This document shows positions 205,514 through 215,940 of a stretch of DNA of 248,000 bases, one piece after another. Under the pieces are notes generated by a model, which saw only the letters and a list, made by a program, of their open reading frames with translations, was not told where the DNA came from and did not search any database. Made by a program: the position numbers and the translations under genes. Positions within the stretch are counted from its first letter, which is position 1; each line of letters begins with the position of its first letter. Source of the stretch: Hyalangium minutum (GTDB lineage Bacteria > Myxococcota > Myxococcia > Myxococcales > Myxococcaceae). The DNA is taken from positions 268,001 through 516,000 of the forward strand of contig NZ_JMCB01000002.1 in the NCBI RefSeq assembly GCF_000737315.1, given 5' to 3'.

Positions 205514-207517
205514 GTGCCTCGCGTACGACACTTCTTGGCCGCCTTGGCGGCCTTTGCCCTTCTTCAGGCCGCTCCTGCCTCTGCCGAGGAAGCGGTGTGC
205601 TCGGTCGTAGACAAGGTTCCTCTGGAGCGGCACCTGCGCCAGCTCTCCCTGGACCTGCTCGGCCGTCCTCCCACCATCGAGGAGTACCGCGCCTTCCAGG
205701 CCAAGGGCTCCATCACCGCCGAGGACATCCAGCAGATGATGGACTCGGAGGGCTTCTACGAGCGCATGCGCGGCTACCACCGCGCGCTGCTGCGCTCGAA
205801 CATCAACGCCAGCGTGTTCGACAACGGTGACACGCGCCTGACAGGCACCGGCGCCATCGCTGCCGGCACGACGGTGAACAACCCGTACGGCTTCCGCAAC
205901 ACCACCAGCAGCTCCCTGCGCGGCAACAACAACCAGGGCTGTGACGCCTTTATTCCGCAGGACACCTGCAACTCCCAGAAGCAGGATCCGCACGCGGAAC
206001 CGGCCAACAAGGTGTGCCGTGACGAGCAGGGCGTGCCGCTGCCGGTCAGCTACGACTACGACACCACCAGCTACTACGCGTGCAACCGGCTGGACTCGAC
206101 GGACACCACCATCACCGACTGCACCGTGGCCGTCAGCAAGGGCGCCATCGCGGCCAAGTACCTGTACTTCTGCGACATGCGGCGGCTGAGCGACAACAAG
206201 CTCCACCCGCACCTGTGCTTGCCGGACCCCGCAAAGAACACCACGGTCGCGCTGACGCAGGAGGAGCTGGACTCCGGGGGCAAGGTGGTGGCCTTCGTCC
206301 ACCCGAACCCGCCCTCGGGCACCTCGCTGACGCGGCTGGACCGCTGCACGCTGGACCTGACGCTGCGCAACGGCATCAAGGGGGCCTGGGTGCCCCAGCG
206401 CGGCTGCTTCCAGCGCGAGGGCTTCGTCACCAGGAGCGGGCCCTTCTTCGCCACGGACCCGTCGGCTCAGGTGACGGTGTGCGCCATCGAGGCGCAGGAG
206501 CGCCCCTCCAACCCGTGGACGATGGAGTCCTGCGAGACGACGCGCTTCCGGAGCGACCGGAGCTGCGGCTGCGGCAAGGACATGCGCCGCTGCGAGGTGA
206601 CCGCCGTGCACACCGCGCGCGTGGACGCCATCAACAAGGAGCAGGAGCTCATCACGGACTCGGTGGTCCGCCACGATGAGCCCTACTTCAACATCCTCAC
206701 CACGCGCCGCTCGTTCGTGAACGGCACGCTGTCCGAGATGTACCGGCAGCAGCAGGGCGTGGGCATCTTCACCATCACCTCGCCGGCCAACCCGGACGTG
206801 GTGCCGTCGGTGCCCTACGCGCAGGCGAGCACCTGGACGGAGTACACGCGGGATCCGCAGCACTCCGGCGTGCTCACCACGCCTTCGTTCCTGTACCGCT
206901 TCCCCACGCAGCGCGCCCGCGTGAACCACTTCTACGAGGCCTTCCTCTGCAAGACGTTCGTCCCGTCCTCGGACCCGCTGCCTCCGCCCGAGGACAACTG
207001 CAACCGCGAGAACAACCTGGCCCGCCGCTGCGGCTGCAACTACTGCCACGCCACCATCGAGCCCACCGGCGCCCACTGGGGCCGCTTCGACGAGCGCAAC
207101 TCGCTCTTCCTCACGGAGGAGAAGTTCCCCCGGTTTGATCCCAAGTGCCGTGACTGCGCGCTGGCCGGCGACACCAACTGCGGCGGCGAGTGCAGCCAGT
207201 ACGTGATGCAGGCGTATGACGGTGACGGCGCCGCCTCGCTGGGCATGCTCAAGACGTACCTGTACCGGACGGCGGACGAGGAGGCGAACATCGCCGGCGG
207301 CCCGCAGCTCCTGGTGCGGCGCATGCTGCAGACCGGAGACCTGGAGCGCTGCGCCGTGAAGCGCGTCTGGAGCGAGTTCCTCGGCCGGCCGATGACGGCG
207401 GAAGAGCAGCGGCTGTACCTGCAGGAGCTTTCGGAAGACTTCTCTGCCCACAACCACAGCCTCAAGTCGCTCATCCAGAAGCTGGTGACGACCGACGCCT
207501 ACCGGAGGATCGACTGA
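205514..207517 (+). CDS. DUF1592/1588/1585-like Cys-rich exported protein
   Basis: RQLSLDL.GR.P, HSGVLTT, C..CH...EP. Confidence 0.75.
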   Translation: MPRVRHFLAALAAFALLQAAPASAEEAVCSVVDKVPLERHLRQLSLDLLGRPPTIEEYRAFQAKGSITAEDIQQMMDSEGFYERMRGYHRALLRSNINASVFDNGDTRLTGTGAIAAGTTVNNPYGFRNTTSSSLRGNNNQGCDAFIPQDTCNSQKQDPHAEPANKVCRDEQGVPLPVSYDYDTTSYYACNRLDSTDTTITDCTVAVSKGAIAAKYLYFCDMRRLSDNKLHPHLCLPDPAKNTTVALTQEELDSGGKVVAFVHPNPPSGTSLTRLDRCTLDLTLRNGIKGAWVPQRGCFQREGFVTRSGPFFATDPSAQVTVCAIEAQERPSNPWTMESCETTRFRSDRSCGCGKDMRRCEVTAVHTARVDAINKEQELITDSVVRHDEPYFNILTTRRSFVNGTLSEMYRQQQGVGIFTITSPANPDVVPSVPYAQASTWTEYTRDPQHSGVLTTPSFLYRFPTQRARVNHFYEAFLCKTFVPSSDPLPPPEDNCNRENNLARRCGCNYCHATIEPTGAHWGRFDERNSLFLTEEKFPRFDPKCRDCALAGDTNCGGECSQYVMQAYDGDGAASLGMLKTYLYRTADEEANIAGGPQLLVRRMLQTGDLERCAVKRVWSEFLGRPMTAEEQRLYLQELSEDFSAHNHSLKSLIQKLVTTDAYRRID

Positions 207518-208212
207518 TGCGCCGCCTCGTCGCCCTCGCGCTCATCGCGCTCGCACCCGCTTGCTCCAAGTCCGAGGACAAGCCCCTGCCCCCGCCCCTG
207601 GACGGGCAGCTGGAGCCTGTCCCCAACCCCCACGGCACGGTGACGCCGCTGCCGGACCCGGAGATGCAGGAAGGCTCCGTGGGCCGTGCTCCTCGCCGCA
207701 TCACCGTGGCCCAGCTGGACACCTCCATCCGCACCGTGGTGGGCCGCGGCTGGGAGTGTCCTGCCAACGCCCCGTCCTCCTGCGTGGACCTGGCCGATGT
207801 GGCCCCCTCGCTGGGCAAGGCGGACTTCGCCAACGTCTCCACGGAGAACACCGAGGCCAACCTCGTGTTCGCCAAGTTCCTCGAGGATGGCGCGCGTGAC
207901 GTGTGCATGGCGCAGGCCACCGCCGAGCTGACCGTCACGGACCCGAACGCCCGGGTGCTCACCCGCACCGTCCCCACGCTGACTGGGACGGCGGGCAACC
208001 TGACGCAGCTCAGCGACGCGCAGGTGACGGAGCTGCTCACCTACCTGTCCACCCGCTTCTGGGGCGCGCCGCTGTCGGGCGAGGAGCTTCCGAAGTGGAA
208101 GAACTTCTTCACCCAGGCCGCCGCCCGCGCGGAGACCATCAAGAAGCGTGACCAGGCCTTCGCGGCCATGTGCATCGCGATGATGACGGACTCGCGCTTC
208201 CTCACCTACTGA
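207517..208212 (+). CDS. Lipoprotein
   Basis: Lipobox APAC; overlaps upstream stop. Confidence 0.7.
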   Translation: MRRLVALALIALAPACSKSEDKPLPPPLDGQLEPVPNPHGTVTPLPDPEMQEGSVGRAPRRITVAQLDTSIRTVVGRGWECPANAPSSCVDLADVAPSLGKADFANVSTENTEANLVFAKFLEDGARDVCMAQATAELTVTDPNARVLTRTVPTLTGTAGNLTQLSDAQVTELLTYLSTRFWGAPLSGEELPKWKNFFTQAAARAETIKKRDQAFAAMCIAMMTDSRFLTY

Positions 208213-208234
208213 TACGCACCCGGGGACACTTGCC

Positions 208235-209617
208235 ATGAAGAAGAACCCGAACACTCCCAACTCCGGGCGCCGCACGTTCCTCAAGGCGGCCGCTGGCTTC
208301 ATGGGTGCCACCCTCTTCGGGGGCATCCCCTTCCGCGCCTTTGCCCAGGCGACCAACCTGGCGCCGGCCGATCGCTGCTTCGTCTTCGCCTACTTCTCCG
208401 GCGGCTGGGATCAGCTCCTGGCCTTCGACCCGAAGGATCCGGCCGAGTTCACCCCGGAGCGCGTGTCCGAGACGCGCATCCTCCCGGGCTACAGCCTCAT
208501 CAACGACTCGCGCTACTCGGGGGTGCCCGTCATCCCCGAGAAGAACAACGTGCGCTCGAACATCGCGTTCGGGCCCGCGGTGGGCCGGCTGGCGGACCAC
208601 TTCGATTTGATGACCGTGGTGCGCGGCATCAACATGACGACGCTGGGCCACGAGGTGGGCTTCCGCTACTTCCTCACGGGCAAGCGTCCCATCGGCAGCG
208701 CGGCGCGCGGCTCGTCCACGGCGACGGAGATTGTGGGCCAGCTGCACCCGGCGGTGCCGATTCCGTCCGTGGCCTACAACATCGAGACGTACAACGACCG
208801 CTACCCTGGCTACGCCAACGCGCTGCGGGTGAGCCGCTCCACGGACCTGCTGCTGACGCTGTCGCCCAGCACCAAGCAGCTGGACAGTGAGCTGGAGCGG
208901 CAGCTGGTGGACTTCCGCGGGCAGCCCATCTCCTGCGAGGCGGCGGCCTACGGCACGCGCGGCGTGGGCGCCACGTACTCCAACAGCCAGGACCAGATGC
209001 AGACGGTGCTCTCCAGCCGGCTGGACAACTCGTTCCGGTTCGAGCTGGCGGAGAACGCCGAGGTGCGCCAGAAGTACGGCCTGGCGGCCGCGGGCCCCTA
209101 CGACAACGAGGCGGGCCGCGCGGCGCTGGTGGCCACGGCGCTCAAGAAGGGCATCAGCCAGTGCGTCTCCATCAACCTGGCGGGCGGCCTGGACACGCAC
209201 TTCGGCACGCAGCTGACGCACGCCAACAACCAGCGCCGCGGCTTCGACGCGCTGGCCATGCTGGTGGATGACTTGCGGGGCACGGCGCACCCGGCGGGCG
209301 GCAACTTCATGGACCACACCACCATCCTGGTGTTCTCCGAGTTCTCCCGCACGCCGCTCATCAACGCCAGCGGCGGCCGCGACCACCACATCAGCAACAG
209401 CTGCATGCTGATGGGCGCGGGCGTGAAGCACAACTACGTGTTCGGGGCGAGCGGTGACATCGGCATGGGGCCGGGCACGTTCGACCTGCGCAACGGCGCG
209501 GCGTCCGCCACCGGAGAGAACATCCTCCCCGAGCACATCATCGCCACCGTCCTCGCCTCTGCGAAGCTGGACTACAGCATCACCCGCGTGTCGCCCCTGC
209601 AGCCGATCCTGGCCTGA
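208235..209617 (+). CDS. Tat-exported DUF1501 protein
   Basis: SGRRTFLK, GGWD, DTH, SEFSRTP, GRDH. Confidence 0.88.
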   Translation: MKKNPNTPNSGRRTFLKAAAGFMGATLFGGIPFRAFAQATNLAPADRCFVFAYFSGGWDQLLAFDPKDPAEFTPERVSETRILPGYSLINDSRYSGVPVIPEKNNVRSNIAFGPAVGRLADHFDLMTVVRGINMTTLGHEVGFRYFLTGKRPIGSAARGSSTATEIVGQLHPAVPIPSVAYNIETYNDRYPGYANALRVSRSTDLLLTLSPSTKQLDSELERQLVDFRGQPISCEAAAYGTRGVGATYSNSQDQMQTVLSSRLDNSFRFELAENAEVRQKYGLAAAGPYDNEAGRAALVATALKKGISQCVSINLAGGLDTHFGTQLTHANNQRRGFDALAMLVDDLRGTAHPAGGNFMDHTTILVFSEFSRTPLINASGGRDHHISNSCMLMGAGVKHNYVFGASGDIGMGPGTFDLRNGAASATGENILPEHIIATVLASAKLDYSITRVSPLQPILA

Positions 209618-209628
209618 AGTCACAGCCA

Positions 209629-211170
209629 ATGAAGACTCCTCTCCTGTGCGTCTGGGGGAAGGGTGGGACTGTTGCGCCCGCTCTTCTCCTCCTCCTGGCT
209701 GCCGCGTGCGGTGGCTCTTCTTCCTCTTCGCTGGAGCTGGAGCGCCCGCAGGCGACGGCCTTCCAGCCTACGCAGATCCGCTCGCCCATGGCGCTGGCCT
209801 CGGGCACGGGTTTCGCGGACCAGACGGGCGGAGGCGTCTTCATCTCCGCGGCGGGGAAGGCCGTGCGGCTGCGGCTGGACGGCACCCAGGCCCAGCTGGA
209901 AAGCCACCCGGGGAACACCGTGGCTCCTGGCACCGCGAGCGCGGCCTTCCGGATGGGGCCTCGCACCGCGCTGGTGGAGACGGCCACGGGCCTGTTCCTG
210001 GCCGACGCGGGCTGGCTGATCGCCCCGCCGTGGCGGGATGCACTCGGGCCGGGGACGAAGGCCACGGCGCAGGGCGCGGACGGAGCGGTGTGGCTGGCGC
210101 ATACTTCCGGCCTGTACCGGTTGGTGGACGGGCAGCTCTCCGCGCTCAAGGTGAGCGGTGCGGCGCTCGAGGGCATCACCCAGCTGGCGGTCGCTCCCGC
210201 AGAGGACGGAGCCCCCGGCGTGTGGATGCTGCGCAACGGGGCGCTGCATGTGGCCGTGGCCACGGCGCCCAACGTGTTCCAGGTGCGCCCGGCGGCCCTG
210301 GCGCTCGAGGAGAAGGAGACGCTGGTGTCCATCGCGTCGCTGCTTCCCGGCAAGGAGCAGAGCGCGGAGCTGTGGGTGCTCACCTCGGAGCGGCTGCTGC
210401 GGCACAAGGACAAGGCCTGGAAGCGCGTGGAGTTCGCGCAGCGGCCGGTGCAGCTGCTGGGCTCCGGGCGCTTCCTCTGGGTGAAGTCCAGCGATCAGCT
210501 GCTCTCGTATGACGCGGACGCAGGCAAGTGGGGCGTGGCCACGGGCGTGGACACCCGCGAGTTCCGCTTCCTGGCGGCCGATGAGAGTGGGTGCGCCTGG
210601 GCGCAGCTCGGCGCGGACTCGGTGGCGATCAGCCGCGCCCCGGCTCCCCGCGTGGTCGGGCTGAATCAGAGCGCGCGCGTGGTGGAGGATGGCCTCATCA
210701 TCCGCGCGGTGCCGCCCGCGGGCACCGACTCGCCGACGATTCTGTTCCGCATCGGCGGCACGGAGCAGGTGGTGGAGGCGCCCGAGTACAGCCTGGGTGG
210801 GCTGGAGAAGGACGGGTCGGCGCGGCCCTTCTCATTCGCGGCGCTGGAGCCGGGCGTGAACTCGCTCGAGGTGGTGGCGCGCTTGCTGGATGGCACGGAG
210901 GCCCGGCGCACGGTGCACTTCGACTTCCAGCCCCTCTCTCCCATCCAGGTGGGCTTCGAGAAGGACATCCGCCCCATCTACGAGTCCCGCTGCGCCAAGT
211001 GCCACGTCTCGGGTCCCGGCCGGCCGCTCTCCACGTATGAGCTGTGGAAGCAGAACGCCGATCTCATCTCCGCCGCGGTGCGCGACCAGCGCATGCCCGC
211101 CGACGGTCCCTTGGATCCCCAGCTGATCTCCCTCATCCAGCGGTGGGTTGCCGCTGGCACCCAGCCCTGA
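209629..211170 (+). CDS. Lipoprotein with C-terminal c-type cytochrome motif
   Basis: Lipobox AAAC; CAKCH...RMP. Confidence 0.7.
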   Translation: MKTPLLCVWGKGGTVAPALLLLLAAACGGSSSSSLELERPQATAFQPTQIRSPMALASGTGFADQTGGGVFISAAGKAVRLRLDGTQAQLESHPGNTVAPGTASAAFRMGPRTALVETATGLFLADAGWLIAPPWRDALGPGTKATAQGADGAVWLAHTSGLYRLVDGQLSALKVSGAALEGITQLAVAPAEDGAPGVWMLRNGALHVAVATAPNVFQVRPAALALEEKETLVSIASLLPGKEQSAELWVLTSERLLRHKDKAWKRVEFAQRPVQLLGSGRFLWVKSSDQLLSYDADAGKWGVATGVDTREFRFLAADESGCAWAQLGADSVAISRAPAPRVVGLNQSARVVEDGLIIRAVPPAGTDSPTILFRIGGTEQVVEAPEYSLGGLEKDGSARPFSFAALEPGVNSLEVVARLLDGTEARRTVHFDFQPLSPIQVGFEKDIRPIYESRCAKCHVSGPGRPLSTYELWKQNADLISAAVRDQRMPADGPLDPQLISLIQRWVAAGTQP

Positions 211171-211190
211171 GCTCACCTCCGAGGTTCTTC

Positions 211191-214100
211191 ATGAAGTCCC
211201 GACTGCTCGCTCGCGCGGCGTGTGCCTCCGCGCTCCTGGCCCTGGCTTGCGGTGAGGAGGCTGTACCTCCAACTCCCGAAGCGCCCGTGGTGAATCCCTG
211301 CGACGGGCTGCCGCCGATGACGCTGAAGGCCGAGCCCACCCGCCTCCGGGTGGCGGGCGCGGTGGACCTCACCGCCACGGGCGGCAGCGGCCACTACCGC
211401 TTCCGTGCCGAGGCGGGCGGCTCCTCCGGTGAGATGCGCGGGGACCGCTTCATCGCGGGAGCCACTCCGGGCACGGACACCCTGGTGGTGGAGGACATCC
211501 AGTGCTCCGGGTCCGCGCAGGCCACGGTGCAGGTGATCGCGGGCTTCGACGTGGGGCCGGCACGCGCCATGGTGCGCCCGGGCACCTCCTTCCAGGTGTT
211601 CACGCAGGGGATGCTTGGCAACCCGGACTTCACGCTGGTCTCCAGCTCCGCGGGCAGCACGCTCTCGCCCACGGGTGTGTACAGGGCGGGCCAGGGCTCG
211701 GGCGTGGACCTGCTGCGCGTGCGCGATGGGCAGACGGGCGATGAGGCGCTGCTCCAGTACGAGGTGAGCGCCAGCGCGCGGCTGCGCGGCGACCCGGTGG
211801 TCCTGGCGCTGCCGCCGGGCTCGTCCATTCCGCTGGCCACGGCGGGCGGCAGCGACCGGGTGTCGTGGACGAAGGTCTCCGGCCCGGGCACCCTCGAGGG
211901 GGGCCGCTTCAAGGCCGAGACCTCCGCCCGGGGGCTGGCCATCCTCGAGGCGACGGATCCCTTCACCAAGGACACGGCGCGCATCTCCGTGCGCGTGATG
212001 GACGAGCTGACGCGCCCCACGCAGCCGCACGGCCGCATCACGGACGTGGCCACCGTCGTCTCCGCGGACTTCGACGGGGATGGCATGCAGGACGTGGCGG
212101 TGGGGCAGCGTGAGAGCGATCTCAACCGGCCGCTCGGCGGCGCGGTGTTCATCTTCAAGGGCAGCTCCACCGGCTTCCCCCAGCAGCCCACGTGGGTGCT
212201 GACGGGGGCCACGGACACGGCGGCCTTCGGCGACACGCTGGCGGCGGGAGACTTGGACAAGGATGGGAAGGCGGAGCTGGCGGTGGGCTCTCCGGGCGCG
212301 GACATCACCGGCGCGGACTCGGGTGCGGTGTACCTCTACCGCTGGGGCGCCAATGGGCCGGAGTTGATGCGCCAGCCTCTCACGAGCGTGGCCCGCGGTG
212401 GCGCCTTCAGCACGGGCCTCGCCATGGCGGATGCGGATGGGGATGGGGACCTGGATCTGATCATCGGCGCGCCCGCGGGAGACCTGGCGCCCTCGTCCAC
212501 GGTGTCTCGCCGCGGCACGGTGGACATCTTCACGATTACGCCGGGCCAGCCCATTCCGGACCTGCCGGCCATCCGGCTCGGCGGCTCGGACCTGTCCAAG
212601 ACGAACACGCTCATGTCCCGCAGCAACACGGACCTGGGCCGCGCCATCGTGGCGGCGGACCTGAACGGGGACGGGCTGACGGACATCGCGGCGCTGAGCA
212701 AGGTGTCGCGCTACCTGGCGGACGGCACCACGCAGGCCACGGTGCTCGTGGCGGTGTCCGTGCACTTCGGGCGGAGCTCGGGGACGCGGTTCCGGGCCGC
212801 CGCGGACGTGTATGTGCTACCGATGAACTCGGCGGACGGCACCGAGGGCACCTGGCGCCTGGGCTTCGCCCCGAGCGAGGGGACCCGGCCTCCGCTGCTC
212901 ATGGCGGTGGCGGACCGCACGGACTCGCCGAATCTGAGCCCTGGTGGCAACCCGGGGGCCACGGACGCGGGCGGCGCGCTGTTGTTCGACCTGACGGCGT
213001 ACAAGCCCACGGGCGAGCCCTCGGACACGCCGGTGCAGGTGACGAAGGATGCGGCCTATGCCCGCATCTATGGTGAGGCTGCGGGCATCTTCGCGGGCCG
213101 CAGCTTCGCGGTGATGGACGTGGACGGGCAGTCCGGCTCGGAGCTGGTGCTCGGGGCGCCCAACGCGTCCGCGCCGTCGGGGTCGACCACGCTGCGCCTG
213201 GCAGGCCGGGTGCTGGCCTATCCGCTGGCGACGCTCACGGCGGGCAGCGTCATCAACAAGCCGCTGGCCGTCATCCACGGGCAGAGCAAGTCGGACGTGT
213301 TCGGCGTGGGCCTGGCCGCGTGGGGGAACTCGAGCGGTGGCGGCCTGTTGGCCTTCTCCGGGCGGTCCTCCTCCGAGGCGGGTGCCTTCACCGGACGGCT
213401 GGAGTTCTTCACGCGGGCGGGCGCCTCGTTCGCCGAGTGGACCCGCGGTATCGCGGTGGTGCCGGCGAAGCCCGCGGTGGAGCGCTTCGGCGAGGTGGTG
213501 GCGGCGACGACGGGCGTGGGCGGCCGGGCCGTGGCGCTCGTGGGCGCGCCGGGCGTCGCGGGCCCTGGCACGCAGGCGGACGGCAATGACTTCAACGTGG
213601 GTCGGGCCTTCACGTACGACCTGACGCAGGGCACGGTGGCCTCCATGGTGGCCGAGGGCGCGAGCGCGCCGGTGGTGAAGGGCCGCAGCGTGGGCACGGA
213701 CGTGACATTCACGGACTTCAATGGCGACGGGCGCCAGGATGTGGTGGTGGGCGCGCCATCCTTCACGGTGCCAGCCTCCAATGCGACGGCGGACCTGTCG
213801 GTGTATGCCGCCCAGAAGACGGGCTGTGTCACGACGGCCTCGCAGGGCGTGGGCGGGCTGCTGGTGTCGCTGGGGCAGGCGGACGGCTCCTTCAAGGATG
213901 CCTATCGGCTGTGGGCGCCGCTGGTGATTCCGGGCTGCACGCCGGACACGGACACGCGCTGCCGCCGCAGCCAGATTGGCCGCGGCGTGGTGGGTGAGTT
214001 CGACTTCAACGGCGATGGGCGTGATGACATCGGCGTGCTGCGCAACAACGGCTTCGAGGTGTTCCTCGGCCGCACGCCGGATGACGCCTCGCTGGCGAAG

Positions 214101-214904
214101 CTGACGATGGGGTGCGATCCGCTCTACTTCACGGACGGCTCCACGACGCGCCAGACGAGCGCCCCGGCGGTGCTGGGCGACCTGAACGGCGACGGCTGCG
214201 AAGAGGTGAGCTGGCGCTACACGGAGACGAACCGTTCGGGCGTCATCATCCTCTTCGGCTACGACGCGGGCGGTACGCGCTGCGGCGGCCGGACGGCGGC
214301 CTCGTGGGTGCGGCTGGCGGCGGATGGCGAGGTGGGTGGCAACGTGCTGGGTCTCGGCGTGGCGACAGCGCGGGCGGGCAAGTTCCTCAACGATGGGAAG
214401 GACCGCATCGCCATCAGCGCGACGTCCGTCCCCTTCGACGGGGTGACGCAGCCGGCGGTGCTGCTCTTCGACAAGGATCTGCTGGTGGGGCGCCGTCCGA
214501 CGGGGGCGGGTGAGGCGCTGGTGGGCGCGCTGGGCGATGGGGTCAACCCGGTGACGGTGGTGCACCGCACACGCGCGGTGAACTTCGGGCGTGCGCTGGC
214601 GGGAGGCCGGGACCTGAATGGCGACTCCATCCCGGATCTGATCGTCGGTGCTCCGGGAGCCTCGGAGTCCTCGGACGGTGGCGGCGCGGTGTTCCTCTAT
214701 GCGGGTGGCGCGCAGCCGACGGGCCGGCTGACGCCATGGCTGATCGCGGTGGGCGATGTGGCGGAGCGCTCCAACATCGGCCAGGACCTCTCGCTCACGC
214801 AGGGCGGGGCGAACAGCCCGCCGACGCTCGTCATCGGCGCGCCGACGAGCTATCGCACGGGGACACAGAACGGCACGGCCTTCTCGCTGCCGCTTTCGTT
214901 CTAA
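211191..214904 (+). CDS. FG-GAP / integrin-alpha-repeat lipoprotein
   Basis: Repeated D.DGDG..D..VGAP. Confidence 0.88.
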   Translation: MKSRLLARAACASALLALACGEEAVPPTPEAPVVNPCDGLPPMTLKAEPTRLRVAGAVDLTATGGSGHYRFRAEAGGSSGEMRGDRFIAGATPGTDTLVVEDIQCSGSAQATVQVIAGFDVGPARAMVRPGTSFQVFTQGMLGNPDFTLVSSSAGSTLSPTGVYRAGQGSGVDLLRVRDGQTGDEALLQYEVSASARLRGDPVVLALPPGSSIPLATAGGSDRVSWTKVSGPGTLEGGRFKAETSARGLAILEATDPFTKDTARISVRVMDELTRPTQPHGRITDVATVVSADFDGDGMQDVAVGQRESDLNRPLGGAVFIFKGSSTGFPQQPTWVLTGATDTAAFGDTLAAGDLDKDGKAELAVGSPGADITGADSGAVYLYRWGANGPELMRQPLTSVARGGAFSTGLAMADADGDGDLDLIIGAPAGDLAPSSTVSRRGTVDIFTITPGQPIPDLPAIRLGGSDLSKTNTLMSRSNTDLGRAIVAADLNGDGLTDIAALSKVSRYLADGTTQATVLVAVSVHFGRSSGTRFRAAADVYVLPMNSADGTEGTWRLGFAPSEGTRPPLLMAVADRTDSPNLSPGGNPGATDAGGALLFDLTAYKPTGEPSDTPVQVTKDAAYARIYGEAAGIFAGRSFAVMDVDGQSGSELVLGAPNASAPSGSTTLRLAGRVLAYPLATLTAGSVINKPLAVIHGQSKSDVFGVGLAAWGNSSGGGLLAFSGRSSSEAGAFTGRLEFFTRAGASFAEWTRGIAVVPAKPAVERFGEVVAATTGVGGRAVALVGAPGVAGPGTQADGNDFNVGRAFTYDLTQGTVASMVAEGASAPVVKGRSVGTDVTFTDFNGDGRQDVVVGAPSFTVPASNATADLSVYAAQKTGCVTTASQGVGGLLVSLGQADGSFKDAYRLWAPLVIPGCTPDTDTRCRRSQIGRGVVGEFDFNGDGRDDIGVLRNNGFEVFLGRTPDDASLAKLTMGCDPLYFTDGSTTRQTSAPAVLGDLNGDGCEEVSWRYTETNRSGVIILFGYDAGGTRCGGRTAASWVRLAADGEVGGNVLGLGVATARAGKFLNDGKDRIAISATSVPFDGVTQPAVLLFDKDLLVGRRPTGAGEALVGALGDGVNPVTVVHRTRAVNFGRALAGGRDLNGDSIPDLIVGAPGASESSDGGGAVFLYAGGAQPTGRLTPWLIAVGDVAERSNIGQDLSLTQGGANSPPTLVIGAPTSYRTGTQNGTAFSLPLSF

Positions 214905-214932
214905 GCTGGCGCCCTCTTTTCAAGGGGGAGCC

Positions 214933-215940
214933 ATGTCGTTGTGGGGAGGACTGCGGGACCGGCTGTTTGGAAAACCTGGGAACTCCGCGCAGGTCAGCCG
215001 GTTCGACATCGAGCCTGGTCTCTCGGTGTTGTTCACCCGCCACCGCCTCTCCACGCAGCAGGGGCTCATCGATTGCTGTTCGTATGTGACGGAGGGGCTG
215101 GCGGAGCACCGGCAGAAGGAGATGGTGCTCACGCTGCGCGAGACGGCGGAAGTGAAGGAGGATGCTTTCCGTCAGCGGGTGTTCTCGGCCTTCTCCACGT
215201 TCAAGCATTTCGCCGCGCAGGGCCGGACGGTGGACGTGGGAGATGTCACGAGCTTCGGTGAGCGGCGGCCGTTCCCAGGCAGGCAGTTCCTCTACGCGGC
215301 GGCGAGTCCCATGCCCGGGGTTCCCGTGCCGCAGGGGGCGCTGGCGGTCATGCTCATCACCGACAAGGAACTGGAGATCTACATGCGCTGCGGGGCCGCA
215401 CGCGTCTTCGCCTCGCTCGGCAAGGCTTTGGGTTACTACCCGCATCCCTCCTGGTCGGATCTCCACCGCGCGGAGCTGCCAGCGTCCCTCCTCGAAGAGA
215501 GCCTGTTGCCCAAGGTCCCCAGTGTGCACATGTGGAGTGCGCGGGTCGTGCAGACGGAGGGAGACCTCGTCCTGCGTGTCGCACCGGGGAGTCATGAACA
215601 CTTTCGCAAGTTGTTCGAGCAACTGCCTGGCGAGACGCAGCCCTTCGCGTTCCTGACCGGCATGGATGCGGCCGCGAATGCGTGTCTCGTCTGGGAGAAA
215701 GGGCAGAGCGAGACCTCCGCCATCACCCCTCCTGGCAGCAGAGCGGAGCGGATCAGCGGATGCTTTCTCATGATCCTTCCCGGGGTGGAGCCGGAAGGCG
215801 TCAAACAACAAGAGGACGGCTACGTCTGGTGCCTCTCGGAAGCGTCCTTCCAGGCCTTGAAGCGTGCGCTGTGCGAAGAGCAGGCGCTGGCGCTGCTTGT
215901 GGAAGGTTGGCGGCTGAGGGTCGAGTGGCTGGCCCCTTGA
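214933..215940 (+). CDS. Protein resembling the SARA/endofin C-terminal (DUF3480) domain
   Basis: C..VTEG....QKE.VL.L, FLY, R....LG....YP.P..S...R, by recalled similarity. Confidence 0.55.
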   Translation: MSLWGGLRDRLFGKPGNSAQVSRFDIEPGLSVLFTRHRLSTQQGLIDCCSYVTEGLAEHRQKEMVLTLRETAEVKEDAFRQRVFSAFSTFKHFAAQGRTVDVGDVTSFGERRPFPGRQFLYAAASPMPGVPVPQGALAVMLITDKELEIYMRCGAARVFASLGKALGYYPHPSWSDLHRAELPASLLEESLLPKVPSVHMWSARVVQTEGDLVLRVAPGSHEHFRKLFEQLPGETQPFAFLTGMDAAANACLVWEKGQSETSAITPPGSRAERISGCFLMILPGVEPEGVKQQEDGYVWCLSEASFQALKRALCEEQALALLVEGWRLRVEWLAP

